A program made the position numbers and the translations under genes. 64,000 nucleotides of DNA. It comes from an uncultured Gemmatimonadaceae bacterium. GTDB taxonomy: Bacteria; Gemmatimonadota; Gemmatimonadetes; Gemmatimonadales; Gemmatimonadaceae. The DNA lies in contig CAWGJO010000012.1 of NCBI GenBank assembly GCA_963822945.1, forward strand, positions 1-64,000, read 5' to 3'. The first letter of the stretch is position 1; every line of letters starts with the position of its first letter. Shown in pieces: positions 32,149 to 43,034 of the stretch. The notes under the pieces are model-generated. The model was not told where the DNA came from and did no database searches. It was given only the letters and a program-made list of their open reading frames with translations.

Positions 32149-33416
32149 GCCAGCCGGTCCAATCCCAGATACGGTCGCAGGGCGGCCGGCACCGTCACCG
32201 ACCCATCGGCCTGCTGATGGTGCTCGAGCAGGCACGCAATGGTGCGGGGGAAGGCCAATCCCGACCCGTTGAGCGTGTGGACGAAGCGCGGCTTCTCGCC
32301 GGGCGCCGGCCGATAGCGGATGTTCGCCCGCCGGGCCTGGAAATCCGTGAAAGTGCTGCACGACGAGACTTCGAGCCACGCTCCGACCCCCGGGGCCCAC
32401 GCTTCCAGGTCGTACGTCTTGGCCGACGAGAACCCGGTGTCGCCGGCGGCCAGCAGCTTGCGCCGATACGGGAGTTCCAGCCGTTCGAGCATCGTTTCGG
32501 CGTGGCGCGTGAGCAGCTCCAACTGCGCGGCGGAATCGTCCTGCGCGGCGTAGCGCACCAATTCCACCTTGTCGAACTCGTGCGTGCGGAGCACGCCGCG
32601 CGTGTCCTTTCCGGCCGACCCGGCCTCACGACGAAAGCAGCGGGAGTAGGCGACGAACGCCATGGGGAGTTGCCCGCCATCGAGGATCTCGTCGCGGTAC
32701 AGGTTCGTGACCGGTACTTCGGCCGTCGGGATGAGGAACATGTCGTCCCGCGTCGAATACGCGTCGTCCTCGAACTTGGGCAGTTGGCCTGTGCCCGTCA
32801 TGGTCGTGCGCGTCACGAGTTGGGGCGGCCACACCTCGTCGTAGCCGTGTTCCTGCGCGTGGACGTCCATGAACATCGTGAGCAGCGCCCTGACCAGCCG
32901 CGATCCGCGCCCGCGGTAGACCACGAATCCGGAACCGCTGATCTTGGCGGCGCGCTCCTGGTCGATCATCCCCAGCGCCGTCATCACGTCCCAGTGCGGC
33001 TTCACGCCGGCGGGATCGCGCGGGGTACCCCACTGCTTCACGACGACGTTGGCGTCCTCGCCGCCGGGCGGCACGTCGGCGAGCGGCACGTTGGGAATCT
33101 CGAGCAGAACCTGCTGGACCGCGGTCTCGATCCCGCCCAGTCTGGCTTCGTCAGCAGCGATCGATTCGCCAAGGGCCCGCCCATGGGCGATCAGGGCCTC
33201 GGCGTCCTCCTTGGCACGCTTGCGCTTGGCGACTTCCTGCGAGGTGGTGTTGCGCTCCGCCTTCTTCTCCTCGACGCTGGTGATGAGTGCGCGCCGCTCG
33301 CGGTCCAGCGCTTCACCCCGTTCGAGGACCGGGAGCAACGTCTCGGCGGCGCCACGGCGTCGAACCGCGTCGCGCAGCACGTCGATCTGCTCGCGCAGCA
33401 TACGAAGGTCGTGCAT
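32145..33416 (-). CDS. serS: serine--tRNA ligase
   Basis: GQLPKF, LIPTAEV, CFRREAG, EFDKVE, EVSSCS and TLNGSGLA motifs. Confidence 0.98.
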   Translation of the reverse strand: MHDLRMLREQIDVLRDAVRRRGAAETLLPVLERGEALDRERRALITSVEEKKAERNTTSQEVAKRKRAKEDAEALIAHGRALGESIAADEARLGGIETAVQQVLLEIPNVPLADVPPGGEDANVVVKQWGTPRDPAGVKPHWDVMTALGMIDQERAAKISGSGFVVYRGRGSRLVRALLTMFMDVHAQEHGYDEVWPPQLVTRTTMTGTGQLPKFEDDAYSTRDDMFLIPTAEVPVTNLYRDEILDGGQLPMAFVAYSRCFRREAGSAGKDTRGVLRTHEFDKVELVRYAAQDDSAAQLELLTRHAETMLERLELPYRRKLLAAGDTGFSSAKTYDLEAWAPGVGAWLEVSSCSTFTDFQARRANIRYRPAPGEKPRFVHTLNGSGLAFPRTIACLLEHHQQADGSVTVPAALRPYLGLDRLA

Positions 33417-33419
33417 GAC

Positions 33420-33992
33420 TCACTTGGTGGGGATGCCCGGGCCCAGCGACACGTACCCGCAATTGGGATCGGAAACGACTTCGGTATACATGGCCCGATG
33501 GGCGAGATCGATGCTGTCGACCACGAACTTGGCAAAGTACGACGATCCCAACGAGTACACCGTGCACGTGGTGGCGTCGAGCACGTTGACCGCCACGACC
33601 TGGCCGACCGGCACGACGAGCGTCGAGTCGAACGTATAGCCGCTCTTCCGCGCCTGGAGGTAGTCGGCGAAGGACCCGGGCACCGATTGCAGGCCGACGC
33701 TGATGGCCGACGAGAGCCCGTTGGCCACACGGCGAGCCGGATAGATGACGATGTTCCCCGCCGAGTCGATGTCGAGCGCGACGTTGAAGTAGAAGTTCGC
33801 GTCCACGGGCGCCGCCGTTGCCGTCAGGAAATCGATGCCGGCCGGCGTGGCCGGCGGGCCTCCGTTCAGCGCGAATACGATCGGCGAGTTCGACATCGTC
33901 GAGAACTGAGCCTTGGGGGGCTTGAGGGCCCCGCAGGCTCCGCATAGTACGACCGCGGCCGTACCGAAAACCATGGAAAGTCGTCGCATCAT
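33420..33992 (-). CDS. hypothetical lipoprotein
   Basis: Signal peptide with lipobox-like CGAC; beta-rich mature part. Confidence 0.6.
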   Translation of the reverse strand: MMRRLSMVFGTAAVVLCGACGALKPPKAQFSTMSNSPIVFALNGGPPATPAGIDFLTATAAPVDANFYFNVALDIDSAGNIVIYPARRVANGLSSAISVGLQSVPGSFADYLQARKSGYTFDSTLVVPVGQVVAVNVLDATTCTVYSLGSSYFAKFVVDSIDLAHRAMYTEVVSDPNCGYVSLGPGIPTK

Positions 33993-34077
33993 CTAGGAGC
34001 CGGCAGACACGGCCAGAGGGAATCGTAAGGGCGAAGGATACCGTGCGCGGCAATCGACTTCAAGCGATTGCCGTCGC

Positions 34078-34106
34078 TTGACTTCGGCGAAGTGCATCTC
34101 TAGCTT
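34078..34106 (+). promoter_or_regulatory. promoter of the roadblock operon
   Basis: TTGACT-N17-TAGCTT; AAGGAG RBS before the ATG at 34132. Confidence 0.75.
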
Positions 34107-34131
34107 CGCCAACACTTTCCAAGGAGCGGGA

Positions 34132-34485
34132 ATGGCGAGTTTACGCGATCTCGTCGCCGCCATCCGGCAGCGCGACGGCGTGGAAGCCGCGGTCATCCTT
34201 GGCCGCGACGGACTACTGATCGACAGCCAGGCAGTCGAGGGGCTCGACGCCGAAGACATGGCCGCCCGCATTCCCCCGATCATGGCCGCCGCCGACGATC
34301 TCGGCGTGAACAGCGGGCGCGGCGAACTGGTGACCGCTGTCCTGGAGCACGCGAGTGGCATGGCGCTGATCTCGAGTCTCACCAGCGAGGCGGTGCTGCT
34401 CGTGCTGCTGGCTCCGAGCGCCAACGTCGGACCGCTGCTCTACGAATTGCGGCGGAATCGAGGCCAGATCGCCGCGCTCGTGTGA
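34132..34485 (+). CDS. roadblock/LC7 (MglB-like) domain protein
   Basis: GVEAAVILGRDGLLI and ANVGPLLYELRR motifs. Confidence 0.85.
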   Translation: MASLRDLVAAIRQRDGVEAAVILGRDGLLIDSQAVEGLDAEDMAARIPPIMAAADDLGVNSGRGELVTAVLEHASGMALISSLTSEAVLLVLLAPSANVGPLLYELRRNRGQIAALV

Positions 34486-34488
34486 TCC

Positions 34489-34905
34489 GTGCCGTCCGAG
34501 CCCGAAGAGTTCCGTGTGCTCGTCGCCGATGATGAGCCCCACATCGGACGCATCATCAAGATGAAGCTCGAGCAGGGGCCGTTCCGCGTCTCGCTGGCCT
34601 ACGACGGCCGGGAGGCGCTCGAGATCCTCGAGAAGACGCCGCACATCGACCTCGTGCTGCTCGACGTGATGATGCCGGAGACGAGTGGGCTGGACGTCCT
34701 GGCGGCGATGCGCGCCGATCCCCGGTGGCGCGCCCTGCCGTGCATCATCCTCACCGCTGCGGGCGAAGCCGAGTACCAGCGCCGCGCCATGGCCATCGGG
34801 GCCAGCGAATTCCTCACCAAACCATTCAGCCCGAAACGGCTGTACGCACGCGCCGCGGAGCTGGTCGGACTGACGAGCGATAGCGGCGAAGCAGGTCTCG
34901 CATGA
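34489..34905 (+). CDS. single-domain response regulator (CheY-like)
   Basis: VADDE, LLDVMMP, IILTA and TKPF motifs. Confidence 0.92.
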   Translation: MPSEPEEFRVLVADDEPHIGRIIKMKLEQGPFRVSLAYDGREALEILEKTPHIDLVLLDVMMPETSGLDVLAAMRADPRWRALPCIILTAAGEAEYQRRAMAIGASEFLTKPFSPKRLYARAAELVGLTSDSGEAGLA

Positions 34906-35936
34906 GTCGATGGATGGTCATCCTGGCCGGGGGCGTGGGGTCCCGGTTCTGGCCCCTGAGCACCCCGGAGCGCCCCAAGCAACTGCTGCCGCTGGTGAGC
35001 ACCCAGCCCCTGCTCCGCGACACGCTCGACCGGGTGCGACCACTGGCCGACCCATCGCACACGCTGATTCTCACCAACGCTTCGCTCGTGCCCGCGATCG
35101 CCGCCCTGGCCCCGGAGATTCCGCCGGAGCACCTGATCGCGGAACCGAAGCCGGCCGGGACGGCCGCGGCGCTCGCGTGGGCCGCCCAGCGGATCGCGGC
35201 CACCGACGGCCCGGACGCGACGATGCTCTCCGTCCACGCCGATTGGGCGGTGGCCGACGCGGATGGGTTTCGACGCGCCCTGGCCCGCGCGGCCGACGCG
35301 GCCGAACGCCACGCGAGTCTCGTCACCGTCGGCGTGGTCCCGTCGCGTCCCGACCCGGGATTCGGGTACATCCAGCCGGCCGCCGAGGTGGAGCCCGGCG
35401 TGCGCCGCGTGGCCCGATTCGTCGAGAAGCCGAGTGCCGAGCGGGCTCGCGAGATGTGCGACGCCGGGTACTTCTGGAATTCCGGGATCTTCGTGTGGCG
35501 GGTGGGCGACTATCTCGGCGAACTCCGGGCGCACACGCCAGAAGTCGCCCCCGCGCTCGCGGCGCACCCAAACGATCTGGCGGCGTTCTTCGCGAGCGTC
35601 GAACCGATCTCGGTGGACGTCGGCGTCATGGAGCGCAGTACGCGCGTGCTCGTGATGCCCGGCGACTTCGGGTGGGACGACATCGGCGTGTGGGGTGCGC
35701 TGCGGCGTGTGCGGGCGCTGGACGCGCAGGGGAATGCGATGTCCGGTGACGCGTACGCGGTCCGGGCGACGGGCAACGTGGTCCATGCCGAGGAGGGCAC
35801 GGTCGTGCTCTACGGCGTCGACGATCTGGTGGTGGTGACGTGCGGGGGGCTGACGGTAGTGACCACCGTGGAGAAATCGCACGCGCTCAAGGAACTGCTG
35901 ATGGAACTGCCGGCCTCGGTGCGGGAACCCCGATGA
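34902..35936 (+). CDS. manC: mannose-1-phosphate guanylyltransferase
   Basis: ILAGGVGSRFWPLS, PKQ, GFGYI, FVEKP, WNSGIF and WDDIG motifs. Confidence 0.9.
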   Translation: MSRWMVILAGGVGSRFWPLSTPERPKQLLPLVSTQPLLRDTLDRVRPLADPSHTLILTNASLVPAIAALAPEIPPEHLIAEPKPAGTAAALAWAAQRIAATDGPDATMLSVHADWAVADADGFRRALARAADAAERHASLVTVGVVPSRPDPGFGYIQPAAEVEPGVRRVARFVEKPSAERAREMCDAGYFWNSGIFVWRVGDYLGELRAHTPEVAPALAAHPNDLAAFFASVEPISVDVGVMERSTRVLVMPGDFGWDDIGVWGALRRVRALDAQGNAMSGDAYAVRATGNVVHAEEGTVVLYGVDDLVVVTCGGLTVVTTVEKSHALKELLMELPASVREPR

Positions 35937-37138
35937 GCGAACTGTTCCTCTACGACGACGCGACCGCGCGGCGGTTCGAGCCGTTCGCCCTCGTGCGCCC
36001 GGTAGCGGAGCTGCGGGCCGGCGCCACGCTGCTTCGCGAACGGTGGGAGACGGCCATGGGGCGTCCCTGCGCCGGTCTCGTGAGCGCGTCGCACCTGCGG
36101 GATTTCTCCGAGCGCGACGCCCCGCGGTCCGTGCACGATACGCTCCCCGCCGGCGCGGTTCTCGCCAATTCGCGGTGCGCGGTGGCGCTGGCGCACGCCC
36201 CCGAGGCGGACGTCTGGCTGTGCGACGGGCGCGTGGCCGCGGTGCGGCTTCGAGCCCCCGTGGCGTCCGATGAACTGGCGGACGGCACGCGCACGCTCGA
36301 GTCCCTGGCACCGCCGGCCGGCCGGACCGCGCAGGTGCACGGCCGCTGGATCGACGAGGTGTGGCACTTCATCCGCGATCTCCCGGCCCAATTGATGGAG
36401 GACATCTCGGCGCTGAGCGACCGAGCCCTGCTCCTTCCTCCCGACGAGGCGCCGCGGGTGGGTGAGCATCCGGTGTTCGTCGAGCGCGGCGCCACGGTGG
36501 AACCGATGGTCATGTTCGACGTCACCGCGGGGCCGGTGCTCATCCGCCAGGGGGCCACCGTGCAGGCGTTCACGCGCCTGGCCGGCCCGTGCGTGGTGGG
36601 CAAAAACTCGGTGGTGAGCGGCGGCCGCGTCGCGGCGAGTTCCATCGGCGAGTCCTGCAAGGTGCACGGCGAGCTGAGCACGTCGATCATCCTCGGTCAC
36701 AGCAACAAGGGCCACGACGGCTTCGTCGGCCACTCGTACCTGGGGCGGTGGGTGAACCTCGGGGCGGCCACCGTGACCAGCAACCTGAAGAACACCTACG
36801 GCGCCGTTTCGCTCTGGACCCCCGAGGGGATCCGCGACACCGGGCTCCAGTTTCTGGGGGCGCTGATCGGCGACCACGCGAAGACGGGAATCGGGGTGCG
36901 GCTGACGACGGGGAGCGTGATCGGGGCCGGCGCCAACGTCTTCGGCGGCGACGTCATGCCAAAGGTCGTTCCCCCGTTCGCCTGGGGAAGCAGCCCGCCG
37001 TACGCGGTCTACGATCTGGGCAAGTTCCTCACCGCGGCCGATCGCATGATGCAGCGGCGCGGCGTGGTGCTTTCGGACCGAACCCGCGCCCAGTTGAGCG
37101 CCTCGCACGTCACGCGCTGGAGCGTGCGCCAGCCGTGA
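35933..37138 (+). CDS. putative sugar nucleotidyltransferase-like protein with hexapeptide repeats (GlmU-related)
   Basis: PFALVRPVAELRAG N-terminus; left-handed beta-helix with SNKGHDGFVGHSYLGRWVNLGA and SNLKNTY. Confidence 0.8.
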   Translation: MSELFLYDDATARRFEPFALVRPVAELRAGATLLRERWETAMGRPCAGLVSASHLRDFSERDAPRSVHDTLPAGAVLANSRCAVALAHAPEADVWLCDGRVAAVRLRAPVASDELADGTRTLESLAPPAGRTAQVHGRWIDEVWHFIRDLPAQLMEDISALSDRALLLPPDEAPRVGEHPVFVERGATVEPMVMFDVTAGPVLIRQGATVQAFTRLAGPCVVGKNSVVSGGRVAASSIGESCKVHGELSTSIILGHSNKGHDGFVGHSYLGRWVNLGAATVTSNLKNTYGAVSLWTPEGIRDTGLQFLGALIGDHAKTGIGVRLTTGSVIGAGANVFGGDVMPKVVPPFAWGSSPPYAVYDLGKFLTAADRMMQRRGVVLSDRTRAQLSASHVTRWSVRQP

Positions 37139-37944
37139 GAGTGTGGGTACTCGGCAGCGGCAGCGGCGGAAACGCCGTGCTGGTGGAAGCGGCCGACGGC
37201 CGGGTGCTGGTGGACGCGGGGTTCGGCGTGCGGACGCTGGCCGCCCGCCTGGCGGCGATCGGAGTGCCCCCCGAATCGATCGAGGCCTGCGTCATCACGC
37301 ATGAACACACCGATCACGTCAAGGGTGCCGCGGCCGCGGCGCGGCGGTGGGGATGGACGCTCCACGCCAGCCGCGGCACGGTTGCCCACACGCCCGAACT
37401 GGCGGGCGGCCACGTGCACGTTTTCGACGCCGGCGGCTCACTCTCGTTGTCGACGATGGACGTGTCCACCGTTCGTACGCCCCACGACGCGGCGGAGCCG
37501 GTCGGCGTGACGATCACCGCGAGGGCCACGGGCCTTCGCGCGACCGTGTGCACGGACATCGGACATGTGAGCGACGGCGTACGGGCCCTCTGCCGCGACG
37601 TGGACATTCTCGTGCTCGAGTCCAATCACGACGAGGCGATGCTGCGGGCCGGTCCGTATCCGCCGGTGGTCCAGGCCCGCATTGCCGGCGCGCACGGTCA
37701 CCTTGCCAACCGGCACGCCGCGGCGCTCATCCGCGAGACCGTGAGCCGCCACCTTCGCCACGTCGTGCTGGCCCACCTGAGCGAGAAGTGCAACGCGCCT
37801 GAGTTGGCCTGGGGCACCACGGACCGCGAGGTGAAGCGCACCGCGTACCGGGGCGCCGTGACGACTGCCCGCCAACGCGAGATCGTCGGGCCGTTCGACG
37901 CGGCGGGCCGAGAGGAGCCGAGCCAGTACAGCCTGGCCATTTAG
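37135..37944 (+). CDS. MBL-fold metallo-hydrolase (YycJ/WalJ-like)
   Basis: LGSGSGGN, DAG, THEHTDH, HDA, LESNHD, GHL and HLS motifs. Confidence 0.9.
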   Translation: MRVWVLGSGSGGNAVLVEAADGRVLVDAGFGVRTLAARLAAIGVPPESIEACVITHEHTDHVKGAAAAARRWGWTLHASRGTVAHTPELAGGHVHVFDAGGSLSLSTMDVSTVRTPHDAAEPVGVTITARATGLRATVCTDIGHVSDGVRALCRDVDILVLESNHDEAMLRAGPYPPVVQARIAGAHGHLANRHAAALIRETVSRHLRHVVLAHLSEKCNAPELAWGTTDREVKRTAYRGAVTTARQREIVGPFDAAGREEPSQYSLAI

Positions 37945-37960
37945 ACCGGATGCGGAAATG

Positions 37961-38000
37961 GAAAGAGGGGCGGAGCGCCGATGGCGCCCCGCCCCAATTT
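37961..38000. terminator. bidirectional intrinsic terminator between the MBL gene and groEL
   Basis: GGGGCGGAGCGCC-GAT-GGCGCCCCGCCCC stem flanked by A/T-rich ends. Confidence 0.65.
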
Positions 38001-38069
38001 CGTGTCCGGTTGGCGGTTCGCAGGTGGCCGTCCCCGCGGACGGCCGCCTGTGCACCGCCGACGGTCGTG

Positions 38070-39706
<1,637 letters not shown>

Positions 39707-39747
39707 CTAGTTCCTCTGCGAACTGAATTGTTGGAGTGGAAAGGGAC

Positions 39748-40056
39748 TCAGCCGACGACGGCCAGCACGTCCGACTCACGCAGGATGAGCACCTGCTCGC
39801 CGTCCACCGTCACTTCGGTGCCGCTGTACTTGCCGTACAGGACCTTGTCGCCAACCTTCACTTCCATCGGCACCCGCTTGTCCTTCTCGTACCGGCCGGG
39901 ACCGACCGCGATGATCTCGCCCTGCTGGGGCTTTTCCTTCGCCGTATCCGGGATGTAGAGGCCGCCGCGCATCTGCTCGGCCTCTTCCATCGGCTTGATG
40001 ACGACGCGGTCCGCCAGCGGCGCGACCTTCACGCCCGAAGCGCTCTTAGTTGCCAT
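39748..40056 (-). CDS. groS: co-chaperonin GroES
   Basis: [20 protein letters not shown] and [11 protein letters not shown] motifs. Confidence 0.98.
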   Translation of the reverse strand: MATKSASGVKVAPLADRVVIKPMEEAEQMRGGLYIPDTAKEKPQQGEIIAVGPGRYEKDKRVPMEVKVGDKVLYGKYSGTEVTVDGEQVLILRESDVLAVVG

Positions 40057-40111
40057 TGCTACTGCCCCTCCAATGGAGCTGGTGAGGTGTGGATTGGTGA
40101 ATTCTGACGCG

Positions 40112-40138
40112 TTAGCACTCGGCTTCGCTGAGTGCTAA
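40112..40138. promoter_or_regulatory. CIRCE element (HrcA operator)
   Basis: Perfect TTAGCACTC-N9-GAGTGCTAA upstream of groES. Confidence 0.97.
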
Positions 40139-40147
40139 CCCGCCGGT

Positions 40148-40177
40148 AAGCTAGCTCGGCACTCCGACTCCGGGCAA
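40148..40177 (-). promoter_or_regulatory. groESL promoter
   Basis: TTGCCC-N18-TAGCTT just upstream of CIRCE. Confidence 0.6.
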
Positions 40178-40356
40178 GGCCCGGACGTTCAACGATCGAG
40201 TTGTATCTCGTTCGCCTTTAGCGACTTACGTGCCAGGCGCATCCGGCCAAAGTGACAAGCGCGATGCGTCGAATTGGCCAGCCGTCCGCACCCTCCGGAC
40301 ATAGCGGCAGGCCACGGTCGCAGACCGCGGCGTTCGACCCCACCCGCGTGAGCCGT

Positions 40357-41133
40357 CTACTTCACCAGGAGCCCGAAGGCGAGGTTCAAGCCGGTGAGCG
40401 TGAGGTAGGGATCGACGATGTCGAAGGACCGGCAGAGGTTGCGGAACGCCTCGGCCACCCCACCGGTGGCGATCACGATCGGGGGCTCCGGGTTCGGCCA
40501 CTCCGCCTTGATGCGACCCACCAGCCCGTCGATGGCGTCGGCTGCCCCGAGCATGACCCCCGACCGGATGTTCGTATCGGTGCGGGTTCCGATGGCCCGC
40601 TCCGGCGCGACGAGCTCGGTGGCCGGCAGCTTGGAGGTTCGCTTGAACAGCGTCTCGGCCGACGTGCGCACCCCGGGCGCGATGATGCCCCCGAAGAAGA
40701 CGCCCTCGCGCGTCACGCAATCGTAAGTCGTCGCGGTACCGAGGTCGATGACGATGGCATCGTGCCGGTGAATCTGGCTGGCAGCGAGCGTGTTGATGAT
40801 CCGGTCGGCCCCCACGGTGAGCGGCTCGTCCACCTCGAGGCGGACGGGAAGCTTCGAGGTCGGGTCGATGACGACCACGCGCGCGTGGGACACCCACCGC
40901 TCGCACGCCTCGGCCAGCGGCTGGGTGATGGGCGGGACGACCGACGCGATGGCCACCCCGGTCACGGCATGATGATCGAACCCGTGCCCGGCGAGCAACG
41001 CCCGGAGCAGCACGCCGATCTCATCGGGGGTCCGCGCCACGTCCGAGGTTACGCGCCAGTGCCCGCGGAGCGTGCCGCCATCGAACAGCCCGACGGTGGT
41101 CTCGGTGTTCCCCACATCGAAGACGAGATTCAC
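40357..41133 (-). CDS. coaX: type III pantothenate kinase
   Basis: DVGNT, SVVP, GADR, DLGTATT, GGIIAPG and ATGG motifs. Confidence 0.95.
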   Translation of the reverse strand: MNLVFDVGNTETTVGLFDGGTLRGHWRVTSDVARTPDEIGVLLRALLAGHGFDHHAVTGVAIASVVPPITQPLAEACERWVSHARVVVIDPTSKLPVRLEVDEPLTVGADRIINTLAASQIHRHDAIVIDLGTATTYDCVTREGVFFGGIIAPGVRTSAETLFKRTSKLPATELVAPERAIGTRTDTNIRSGVMLGAADAIDGLVGRIKAEWPNPEPPIVIATGGVAEAFRNLCRSFDIVDPYLTLTGLNLAFGLLVK

Positions 41134-41882
41134 ACTTCCTCCTCAAGAACGAGCGATCCTGCACGCACCGCCTGCAGCCCAGCCAGCGTTCGCACGAGCA
41201 ACGCCCCCGACGCATCGATGCCGGCCACCGTGCCGGCAACGGGTTCCCGGCACCGGCGCCCCCGGGCGATGTCCCGCGATGCGTATGCCTCGCATTCGCC
41301 GGCCCGCAACTGCCCGCCCTCCCCCGCTGCCGCCCGCAACGCCGGCACCAGACGCGCGAGCACGTCGAGCCGGCGGGTACCGGGACGAAGCGCCGCCGCG
41401 TCCGGCATGGCCGGCGGCGCCTGAACATTGATGCCGAAGCCTATGGCAATCCAGTCCAGCGCGCCTTCGCGCCAGCGCGCCTCGACCAGAATGCCGGCGA
41501 GCTTGCCGCCCTGCACGTAAAGATCGTTGGGCCATTTCAGCCCGATGCGCGCCGGCGCGAACTCGTCCAGCACGGCCGCCGCCTTGAGGCCCAGGCGCAA
41601 CGAGAGCACCTGGACGGCGGTGGAGTCGCGCGGTCGTTCGATGAGCGCCAGCCAGATCCCGCCGCCAGGTTCGGAAATCCAGCGGCGTCCCTGGCGCCCG
41701 CGTCCCGCCGTCTGCTCGTCCGCGAGTACGAGCGTTCCGGGCGGCGCCCCGGCCGCCGCCCGTTCATGCGCCACGTCGAGCGTGGAGCCGACGCGGTCGA
41801 ACAGTACGACATCGGGGACGCCGCACGCCGCGGCCAACTGCTCCGCGTTCACACCGTCGTACGTCGGCCGATGCTCCGTCAC
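41130..41882 (-). CDS. birA: biotin--[acetyl-CoA-carboxylase] ligase (no HTH)
   Basis: QTAGRGRQGRRW, KWPND, KLAGILVE and GFGINV motifs. Confidence 0.92.
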   Translation of the reverse strand: MTEHRPTYDGVNAEQLAAACGVPDVVLFDRVGSTLDVAHERAAAGAPPGTLVLADEQTAGRGRQGRRWISEPGGGIWLALIERPRDSTAVQVLSLRLGLKAAAVLDEFAPARIGLKWPNDLYVQGGKLAGILVEARWREGALDWIAIGFGINVQAPPAMPDAAALRPGTRRLDVLARLVPALRAAAGEGGQLRAGECEAYASRDIARGRRCREPVAGTVAGIDASGALLVRTLAGLQAVRAGSLVLEEEV

Positions 41883-41905
41883 GCGCGCGGGCGCTCGGCG
41901 GCCAT

Positions 41906-43030
41906 CTAGGCCAGCGACTCGGTATAGAACCGCTCGTAGTGCGCCACGACGTCGTTCAGCGCATAGCGCCGGCGCGCATCGGCGGCGGCAGCGCGACTCA
42001 TCGTGTTCCACCGATCGCGATCGCCCAGGATCTCGAGCGCCGCGGCGGCCATGCCGTCCACGTCGCCCACCGCGCAGAGCGCACCCGTGACGCCGTTCTC
42101 GACGACTTCCGGCAGCCCGCCCGCATTGGCGCCGATCACCGGCGTGCCCGACGCGAGCGCTTCCAGCGCGCTCAACCCGAACGACTCGCGGTCGGTGGGC
42201 AGGAGATACAGGTCGGCCGACGCGAGCAACGGCGCCACCGATTCGATCTTCCCGAGGAACATCACCTGGTCCTGCACGCCCAGCCGGCGGGCCTCCTGTT
42301 CGGCGAGGATCCGGTCGGGTCCGTCGCCCACCATCACCAGCAGACTCGGGATCTCGGCGGTGACGAGCGCAAACGTCCGCACGATGTCGACCACGCGCTT
42401 CACCGGCCGGAAGTTCGAGATGTGCATGAGCACCGGGCGGCCGTCGCCGAATGCGCCGCGCGACCCGGGATACCGGGCCCGGTCGTAGACCGTGGGGTCC
42501 ACGAAGTTGGGGATCACCTCGATCCGGCAGCCCGTGCACCCGAAGGCGCTCATCGTCTCCTGCTGCAGGAAGCGCGAGACGGCGGTGAGCCCATCCGACT
42601 TCTCGATGGAGAACTTGGTGATCGCGTGGAACGACGGATCCTGCCCGACGATCGTGATGTCGGTGCCGTGGAGCGTGGTGAGCACCTTGATGTCGGGTCG
42701 CTGGTCGCCGAGCATCTCCTTGGCGATCCACGCGCTGGTGGCGTGTGGAATGGCATAGTGGCAGTGCAGCAGATCGAGATGGTGCGCGAGCACCACCTCG
42801 TGCATCCGGACCGCGAGCGCCAGGTCGTACGGGGGATACTCGAACAGCGGGTAGCGGCCGACGTCAACTTCATGGAAGAAGACGCGGGGCAGGAATGCCG
42901 GCAGCCGGAAGGGCTGGCGGTACGTGATGAAATGGATCTCGTGCCCGCGGTGGGCCAGCGCGATCCCGAGTTCGGTCGCCATGGCGCCCGACCCGCCGTA
43001 CGTCGGATAACACGTGATGCCGATCTTCAC
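41906..43030 (-). CDS. bshA: N-acetyl-alpha-D-glucosaminyl L-malate synthase
   Basis: KIGITCYPTYGGSG, HYAIPHA, TTLHGTDIT, HISNFRPVKR and ESFGLSALEA motifs. Confidence 0.93.
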   Translation of the reverse strand: MKIGITCYPTYGGSGAMATELGIALAHRGHEIHFITYRQPFRLPAFLPRVFFHEVDVGRYPLFEYPPYDLALAVRMHEVVLAHHLDLLHCHYAIPHATSAWIAKEMLGDQRPDIKVLTTLHGTDITIVGQDPSFHAITKFSIEKSDGLTAVSRFLQQETMSAFGCTGCRIEVIPNFVDPTVYDRARYPGSRGAFGDGRPVLMHISNFRPVKRVVDIVRTFALVTAEIPSLLVMVGDGPDRILAEQEARRLGVQDQVMFLGKIESVAPLLASADLYLLPTDRESFGLSALEALASGTPVIGANAGGLPEVVENGVTGALCAVGDVDGMAAAALEILGDRDRWNTMSRAAAADARRRYALNDVVAHYERFYTESLA

Positions 43031-43034
43031 CGCC

